A DNA stretch of 64,000 bases from a bacterium (GTDB lineage: Bacteria > Patescibacteriota > Gracilibacteria > JAUYGZ01). The notes below the pieces were generated by a model, which made no database searches, had not been told where the DNA came from, and saw only the letters and a program-made list of their open reading frames with translations. The DNA lies in the NCBI GenBank assembly GCA_030690415.1, contig JAUYGZ010000008.1, forward strand, positions 47,281 to 111,280, in the 5' to 3' direction. Both the position numbers and the translations under genes were made by a program. This document shows positions 57,846 to 64,000 of the stretch, piece after piece. Positions within the stretch are counted from its first letter, which is position 1. Each line of letters begins with the position of its first letter.

Positions 57846-57888
57846 TTGATAAATACTGGATTTCAGTATATCATAATTACCGTAATTC
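57846..57888 (+). promoter_or_regulatory. TA operon promoter with palindromic operators
   Basis: TTGATA..TATCAT with ATACTG-gattt-CAGTAT and AATTAC-c-GTAATT palindromes. Confidence 0.6.
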
Positions 57889-57901
57889 AGTAATTTTTAC
57901 C

Positions 57902-58252
57902 ATGGACATCATCTCACAGATCAATGAAAGAGGAGTTCTTACGTTGCCATTGAAGGTAAGGAAACAGTTTCCCGGACTTCAGGTGGTTCATATTCGAGTC
58001 GTGAATAACGCTATTATGCTCCAACCACTTGAGATCAAGAAAGATGTGACCCTTGAACTCAATAATCGATCTCAAGAGGCTTATGAAAAGGGAACGCTCA
58101 CTCTGAATGAAGTTGATAAGATCATGACCAGGCATCAGACTCTCGAAAAGCAGATTAATGATGGGATTGATGAGATGCTGGAGGCTGGTGAAGATCAACA
58201 GATGATTGCGGAAAGTGGCTTCAGTCCTCGAATCGGTAATGAATTGCTCTAA
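57902..58252 (+). CDS. AbrB/MazE-fold antitoxin
   Basis: SQINERGVLTLPLKVRKQF...IMLQPL; TAATG coupling to the toxin. Confidence 0.75.
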   Translation: MDIISQINERGVLTLPLKVRKQFPGLQVVHIRVVNNAIMLQPLEIKKDVTLELNNRSQEAYEKGTLTLNEVDKIMTRHQTLEKQINDGIDEMLEAGEDQQMIAESGFSPRIGNELL

Positions 58253-58611
58253 TGATCTCAAAAAAGATCTCTTATGAGAGAGGAGACGTTGTTCTCGTGG
58301 CATTTTCTCCCGTTGTGGGTTCGGAACAAGCCGATACCAGGCCAGCTATTGTCGTCAGCAATGAGCTTTTTCATCGGCTCCGGATTGTCACGGTGGCGGC
58401 TGTTACCTCGCGAAAAAGAGCCTTCCCGGGTCGCGTCAGTATCGATCCCGATTCCTCAAATGGTATCTCAAAGCCCTCAGATGTACTGGCCTTTCAGCTT
58501 CGAACGATCTCTACCAATCCGAAAAGGATTCTGAAAAAACTCGGGAAAATTGCCCCTGAGGATCTCAAACGATTGGATGTGGCCTTAAGGGTGGTTCTGA
58601 AGCTTGGGTGA
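58252..58611 (+). CDS. mazF: PemK/MazF toxin
   Basis: RGDVVLVAFSPVVGSEQADTRPAIVVSN, QLRTIS. Confidence 0.92.
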   Translation: MISKKISYERGDVVLVAFSPVVGSEQADTRPAIVVSNELFHRLRIVTVAAVTSRKRAFPGRVSIDPDSSNGISKPSDVLAFQLRTISTNPKRILKKLGKIAPEDLKRLDVALRVVLKLG

Positions 58612-58703
58612 AGTGAGAACGGTAAAACAAGATTTGACCACTAGTAAAAAGGGCTGTTTTTTGGTATAATGAAGAGATTAAAACCAATATAAACACCAAA
58701 ATA

Positions 58704-59108
58704 ATGCAGGACGAATACGCCCAAAATCCTTTCAAAGGTATCATCCCCACAGACGAGATCGACTTCGGCGAACTGATCGAGGTGATCAAGAGATCTGAGC
58801 TGTCTGAAGGCAAAAAGATTGCCTATTTGTATATGATCGCGGAAGAGACCTTCACCCTGGCCGATCTGGAAGAAATCGAGAATGAGATGATCATGGCGGG
58901 AAGAGAACTGGAGAAAGAACAGGGAAAACAGATGAAGAAACTGCAAGAACTGAAGGCAAAGGAAGCAAAACTCCGCGAAAAGGTGGCCAAAGCACAAGTC
59001 AAATCCGCCCGGGAAATGGAGCGGAATTTCTCCAAACTGGAGGATGCCATGCTGGAGGAAGCCAACGCGAGCCAATTGGAAAAGGTTTATCAAAAGCTGA
59101 CCAGGTAA
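58704..59108 (+). CDS. Hypothetical coiled-coil protein
   Basis: TATAAT upstream; charged helical ORF, 1 nt before the next ORF. Confidence 0.7.
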   Translation: MQDEYAQNPFKGIIPTDEIDFGELIEVIKRSELSEGKKIAYLYMIAEETFTLADLEEIENEMIMAGRELEKEQGKQMKKLQELKAKEAKLREKVAKAQVKSAREMERNFSKLEDAMLEEANASQLEKVYQKLTR

Positions 59109-59109
59109 C

Positions 59110-61359
59110 ATGACCTTTCGTTTTTCACAGAGCGAGCTCTTTTTCCCAAAACGATTGGCGTACGTCAGAAGTGCTGGGACAGACCCAGGTGCTGAGGCAG
59201 GGGAAGAAGCGGAGAGCCGACGCCGAGCTCCGGAAGCTGAGGAAACGCGTCGGACTTCCGATGAAACCCGGTCGAAGATTAAGGATCTCTTTGATCAGGG
59301 AAAATTTGAAAAACTCAGGGGGAGGGAAGGCGGAGAGGAGGTCAGCATCGCGCCAAAAGAAATTTATGAAAACCTGAATAAGATCCTGGATGAAAAACAG
59401 TCTCCGGTAGAATGGGTCATCAGCACCTATCGACACCTGTATCCTGCACTGGTAGGGCGGCCCATTGATGCCCGCGTACGACAGGATATTGTCGACGCAG
59501 AATGGCAACGTTTACGGGATCTTCTGCCAGCAACCATTCTTGATCGCGTGAATCAAATCCTCGGCACTGAGGCTGCCCCTTCCTATACTGATGCCGTCAC
59601 CGGCATCGTCGGAGGAAGTTTTTCTGACATCTCACCTGAAGGCCAACTCCTGGCGCAGAGGCTGCAGCTGGACACCACGGAGGTGATTTCCTGTCATGAG
59701 AATATGGAAGCTTTGAAGTTGATTGAAGCTGATATCAAGGCAATTGAAAATCGAACAGTTGATATCACGAAGCGTATTGAACAGCAAAAGGTGGATACGG
59801 GAAACATTACGGAATGGAAAAATAAGTGGGAGAAGAATAAGTGGGGATGGATCAAAAAGGGCTTCGGACTTGCCGCCAAAGGAACACTCATCGGGCTTGG
59901 AGTCACTGCTCTGGGAGGTGCGGTTGTTGGAGGTACAATGGCATTGGCGGGATATGGTTCTCTGTTTACCGGCGGTGTTGGAGCAGTTGGCAAGTATATT
60001 GGAGGAATGGGGATCTGGGGTGGAGTTGCCAAAATAGTATCCTCAACAGCCTTTGGGGTAACCGGTCTGGCTGCGATAAGCAACTGGGTATATGCCCCCG
60101 GGAAAGAGTGGTGGCTCAAAAGAAGGCATAAAAAAGAAACTGAGCGTCTGGAAGCAGAAAAAGAAGCTACTGAAGAACAGCTGGGTTTGAAACAACTCCG
60201 CGAACAAGAAAGCGAAACCAAAAATATTATTGACCGTAAAAAGGCCCGATCTAAACAGATCGTCACGGATATGACAGTGGAGAAAACTAAGGCTGAGAAA
60301 CTGGAGAACACCTATCAGTCAGAGCTCAAGACCGCCGTCGATCCTCGACGAGGAGAACTTCAGACCCTGCTCGAGCAGCTGAGGCAATACATCACATACC
60401 TCCAGACTATCATCAGCGTACACGAGTCCGTAAAAAATCCTGAAAAGTATCCCGCTGCCGTGAGGGCTGATGAGAATGCCATCGCTGCCCATATTCACGC
60501 CATGAATGCCGGAAAGAAACGCACCGAAGCGATGCTGAAGCTCTTGGGTGAACAGCAAAAAGAATGGCAGGAGCAGATGGGGAAGGCGGGGGAGGCTGGG
60601 TATAAGGAAGGGGTTCACAGAGAGATGTCCAAGGGACTGCTTGATGAGCAGGATCTCCTCGACGCGGTCAGCAATTTTTTTGATCCGGCAGGAGCCCGAA
60701 CAGCAATCGACTCTGGCACCCTGGGCCGCATCAAGCTCAAGGCTCCGGAGATTGAGAAGTTGATTCGATCACTGCAAAACCTTTCCACTCAATCTGTGCT
60801 TCAGACAGAGATACGGGAGACGATTTATCCGGTGTTTAGGAAAGCGAGGAGGGAATATGTAAGGGCGCCGGCGAGGGAAAAAGTAGATGATTCTCTAGCT
60901 GAATTGTCTAAAGACGTTCAGCGTCAATTTAAGAAAGATCCAGTGCAGATCTTCAACTTTGCGGACAATTTAAGTCCTCCAATTTCGCTTCTTCGACCGC
61001 GTCGTCGTCAGCGTTCCAGCTTTAAGATCTGGGCTGACGCGATGACAAGAAAACAGCTTGAACAACTCAATGATGTGCTTCAAAAAATCAAAGCGTCATT
61101 TGCGACAGGGCCAGCAGTACCAGCAGCACCTGCAGCACCAACGGCGCCAGTAACGCCAGCTGCTCCTGTTCCACCGGCACCAATTCCCACTCCTGTTCCT
61201 CCTCCTGCTGCTCCTGGTGCACCAGCAGCACCAGCAGCACCGGCTGCTCCAGCTGCACCAGCGCCGGCGGCAGCACCTCCAGCAACACCAGCTGCAGCGG
61301 TGCCAGGAGCGACGGGGGCAGGGCCAGCAGCGGCACCGGCGGCAGCAGCAGCGCCATGA
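59110..61359 (+). CDS. Hypothetical protein: coiled coils, Gly-rich hydrophobic hairpin, Pro/Ala-rich tail
   Basis: 749 aa; GLGVTALGGAVVGG segment; about 80-aa PA-rich C-terminus. Confidence 0.75.
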   Translation: MTFRFSQSELFFPKRLAYVRSAGTDPGAEAGEEAESRRRAPEAEETRRTSDETRSKIKDLFDQGKFEKLRGREGGEEVSIAPKEIYENLNKILDEKQSPVEWVISTYRHLYPALVGRPIDARVRQDIVDAEWQRLRDLLPATILDRVNQILGTEAAPSYTDAVTGIVGGSFSDISPEGQLLAQRLQLDTTEVISCHENMEALKLIEADIKAIENRTVDITKRIEQQKVDTGNITEWKNKWEKNKWGWIKKGFGLAAKGTLIGLGVTALGGAVVGGTMALAGYGSLFTGGVGAVGKYIGGMGIWGGVAKIVSSTAFGVTGLAAISNWVYAPGKEWWLKRRHKKETERLEAEKEATEEQLGLKQLREQESETKNIIDRKKARSKQIVTDMTVEKTKAEKLENTYQSELKTAVDPRRGELQTLLEQLRQYITYLQTIISVHESVKNPEKYPAAVRADENAIAAHIHAMNAGKKRTEAMLKLLGEQQKEWQEQMGKAGEAGYKEGVHREMSKGLLDEQDLLDAVSNFFDPAGARTAIDSGTLGRIKLKAPEIEKLIRSLQNLSTQSVLQTEIRETIYPVFRKARREYVRAPAREKVDDSLAELSKDVQRQFKKDPVQIFNFADNLSPPISLLRPRRRQRSSFKIWADAMTRKQLEQLNDVLQKIKASFATGPAVPAAPAAPTAPVTPAAPVPPAPIPTPVPPPAAPGAPAAPAAPAAPAAPAPAAAPPATPAAAVPGATGAGPAAAPAAAAAP

Positions 61360-61497
61360 AGACGATGAACAGAAATGAACCGATTCGTTTATTCCCATCA
61401 ACGAAAGGATGACCCTTGATGATGAATTAGATGAGATAAGATAAGATGAGATGAGCAGGCGTGAACTTTGCCGATGTCGGAAGTCAATCTATCGCCA

Positions 61498-63147
61498 TCA
61501 AATCTTAGTTTCCTCCTCATCGTCAAAACGCATATATCCGCCTGGTTCGTCATTCATTGTTACATTGCTTAAAGATCTGGAACTAGAATCAGTTACCTCT
61601 GATTCCCAAACCACCTCACCAGGAAATACCCCCACAAAATCCTCTCCATGATAAACATTATATGTTTTCCCCGGGACCAGCTTTTTTTCCCATTCCAATT
61701 CTCTATATTCAGGCCACGATATTGTTTCTCCGCTTGCATCAGGAGTTTCCATATTTGCATCAGGAAAAAACTGCTCCGGTTTTTCCCATTCTAAATATTT
61801 CGCGACATGTTGTGGGGGCGGCGGGGGGAGAGGTGGCAAAGAAAACGATTCCGAAAACGATGGTGCGCTTTCTCCACTTGACTCTGCTACAGACTGAGTC
61901 TCTGACGCATCCTCAAGAAGATCAAAAAGATCAGTTGGAATTGATTGAGATTCGGCTCTCATATTCTCTTTATTACCAACCCGTCTCGTTTGCTCATCAG
62001 GCTTTTTTTTTTGAATCTGGGCGGCCCATTCGTCCCAATGAATCGCAGCCTGACATAACTGATTTTTCAGCGGTATGGCGAACATGCATTGGGAAGCTCC
62101 ATAGCTTCCATCTTCTTTTCTCAACTTATAATCAATCATATTTTGTCTATTTTCGGCTTTACCCGTAATGACAATCGTCTCAATCTTTCCTCCTTTTCCC
62201 ATCATCGGCAGCAGACAGTTCATTGGGAACGTGTACCCCTGGATGAGTTCAGTCAACACCACATCCTTTCCTTCGTTCGCTAGGGCGATTTTCCCTCGAT
62301 CCAATTCTTCTGGAAGTCTTTCTGCAATCTTCAACGAGCTTACCTTTTTTTTAAATTCTCTTGCGGGTCCTTTTTCCTGAAAATTAAAGCTTCCTTCATC
62401 CATGTTTTCATGCCGTACTTGTGGTTTCTGATCAACTGATATCTCAGTTTTTTGAGTAGCTTTCGGCGCTTCTGGAGAAGACACCCCTCCTTTATCCGAA
62501 GCAATTTGGGGTGATTCTGATCCTCGAGAGAGTGGTACTTGGAGAGCTTCGATTTTGGTACGGTGTTCTTCAGTCTGTATAATCAGGGATTTGTTGGTCT
62601 CTTCTTTTTGCAATGGCGGAATATTACTTATTTTCAGGCTTTCTGCGATTCCTTTCTGAAAGCTGGATGCTTTGAGAAGACTGATCAAGTCGCTGAAATA
62701 TGGAACCAGAATTTCTCCCTGTGCCTTCAAAACCTTTCCGTGAACCCATTCAGCCTCTTCGACCAGGAAGTACAAGAGGTCAAGGGTTGTCCGCTGCTGA
62801 TCAGGTTTTAGATCCCGAGAAATCAGCATGAGAAGAAGGGCTAATGCTTCGAGACTCTTATCTTCCGATGGCAAACCCAGGGACTTGAGATGATCAACAT
62901 AGGATAGATGATAGCTCGTCAGATCATGGTAAAGGGAATTGGCCGCCGTATAAAAGGGGATGAAGTCAGCCTGATTTCTTGTCATGAGGAGCTCAGGAAG
63001 CTGCCCTGCGATGTTGAGCGCCTGCTGAACTTTGTCGAGGTTGCGAAAAAGTCGCTCAGAATCGGTTTTCAGTACTTTGGAAAATACTATCATGAGCTGT
63101 AGCTCAGGACCTTTGAGAAAAATGCGTCCCTGCTCTTCTGGAATCAT
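61498..63147 (-). CDS. Hypothetical protein
   Basis: 549-aa ORF, helical N-terminal domain and low-complexity linkers. Confidence 0.7.
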   Translation of the reverse strand: MIPEEQGRIFLKGPELQLMIVFSKVLKTDSERLFRNLDKVQQALNIAGQLPELLMTRNQADFIPFYTAANSLYHDLTSYHLSYVDHLKSLGLPSEDKSLEALALLLMLISRDLKPDQQRTTLDLLYFLVEEAEWVHGKVLKAQGEILVPYFSDLISLLKASSFQKGIAESLKISNIPPLQKEETNKSLIIQTEEHRTKIEALQVPLSRGSESPQIASDKGGVSSPEAPKATQKTEISVDQKPQVRHENMDEGSFNFQEKGPAREFKKKVSSLKIAERLPEELDRGKIALANEGKDVVLTELIQGYTFPMNCLLPMMGKGGKIETIVITGKAENRQNMIDYKLRKEDGSYGASQCMFAIPLKNQLCQAAIHWDEWAAQIQKKKPDEQTRRVGNKENMRAESQSIPTDLFDLLEDASETQSVAESSGESAPSFSESFSLPPLPPPPPQHVAKYLEWEKPEQFFPDANMETPDASGETISWPEYRELEWEKKLVPGKTYNVYHGEDFVGVFPGEVVWESEVTDSSSRSLSNVTMNDEPGGYMRFDDEEETKI

Positions 63148-63156
63148 ATGGGTGCG

Positions 63157-64000
63157 TTAATCAAAAATGTCCTCTCTTTTTTTTGCTTGTGCCGTCTCTT
63201 CCATTTCCGCAGCCTGGTCCTGAGTTGGGAGATCTTCGTCTTCGCGGTCTAAGGATTCTGGGGTTTTTCCTGCTGTGTCACTCCATTCCATATTCGGCAC
63301 AAAAAAATCCCATCTGTCTCGTCCAATATCGTAGACCATCTCATATTCCGGTGTCTTTTCTTTGACTAAAGGAAAAGCCTGAACTCCATTTTTCTTCTTT
63401 GGCGTCAGGGTAAAGCGACAGGTAACATGGAGAGATACGTCGCTTGTTACCTTATAATCACCGAGGCATTTGCTTGCGGTGACATCGTGCTTTCTCAGAT
63501 CCCACTGATCTGAAGCAAGGTCAGCTTCACGATAATCAGGCTCTTTAATACCAAACTCTCGCATTGCTAATCCAAGATAAGTGCTACATTCGATATTCGG
63601 TAAAAGAATATTGATCCGTTGCAGTTTAATCTGAGATCGCTGTTCATTTACCCGTTTTTTCAAAGCCCCTTCCAGTTTTATTGTTTTAAGAGGTATTGAT
63701 GACTGTTCAGTGCGATATGGGTCATCGCTGTTCTGAGCTGACAAATGATCAACATCTATTGTTAAAACCCGATCTTCATCATCCTCAGGACTCCGTTTCC
63801 AGACGATAACGAGCTCGTCTTTAGTTCCCGCTTCAGCCCCGGACTGCTTTGATACGATGAGGTGGTATTTGGGTTCGGGCGCAATGACTTCGAGGGCGTT
63901 CAGGAGATGAGGGTCAGTGATGATCCCCAGCTCCGTGACGACATCTTCCTCCCTGATGTTTTGCTGGATATAGTCAAAGGCTTCCAGATAATCCTGCCTA
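63157..64000 (-). CDS. Hypothetical protein (5' partial, frame open to the window end)
   Basis: Manual translation upstream of 63744 shows no stop up to 63999 (RQDYLEAFDYIQQNIREEDVV...). Confidence 0.65.
   Translation of the reverse strand, partial: RQDYLEAFDYIQQNIREEDVVTELGIITDPHLLNALEVIAPEPKYHLIVSKQSGAEAGTKDELVIVWKRSPEDDEDRVLTIDVDHLSAQNSDDPYRTEQSSIPLKTIKLEGALKKRVNEQRSQIKLQRINILLPNIECSTYLGLAMREFGIKEPDYREADLASDQWDLRKHDVTASKCLGDYKVTSDVSLHVTCRFTLTPKKKNGVQAFPLVKEKTPEYEMVYDIGRDRWDFFVPNMEWSDTAGKTPESLDREDEDLPTQDQAAEMEETAQAKKREDIFD

Noticed and set aside
61105-61359. GCA/CCA-rich repeats as a DNA element
   Set aside because: Explained by the Pro/Ala-rich protein tail; opposite-strand ORFs are shadows
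61431-61455. 5-bp repeat (ATGAG/ATAAG), also near 52962
   Set aside because: Too short and low-complexity to support a function
1-64000. Genetic code 25 (TGA=Gly, Gracilibacteria-type)
   Set aside because: Conserved genes are full length under code 11 and several end in TGA at expected positions (ispDF, ispE, murA, truB)

Overview
Chromosomal window from a small-genome bacterium. Gene content points to CPR/Patescibacteria, most like Peregrinibacteria (inference from the MEP genes dxr/ispDF/ispE, nadD/nadE, SLH proteins, a pilin and a VirB4/TraG-like ATPase). Genetic code 11 fits because TGA is used as stop. Housekeeping content: murA, murB, murJ, truB, miaA, rpsB-tsf, rpsA, prfA, rplS, holA, sdaAB-sdaAA, an RND efflux pair and five tRNAs (Tyr, Thr, Glu, Arg-GCG, Ser). 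There are two type II TA loci (hicB with a nonsense-broken hicA; mazEF-like) and many orphan ORFs. The best candidates for undescribed biology are three. (1) A roughly 400-nt, densely structured RNA-like region at 30311-30712 with its own promoter and terminal hairpin, which I cannot assign to a known class. (2) A BECR/RelE-like RNase ORF inserted between dxr and ispDF, with a convergent 72-nt multi-stem small RNA that has a well-spaced sigma70 promoter and U-tail (candidate RNA-antitoxin system). (3) tRNA 3'-end duplications enclosing REP-like hairpins, plus 7/8/9-mer tandem repeats and palindromic elements that also sit in frame inside genes. All calls come from reading the sequence by eye; no searches were run.
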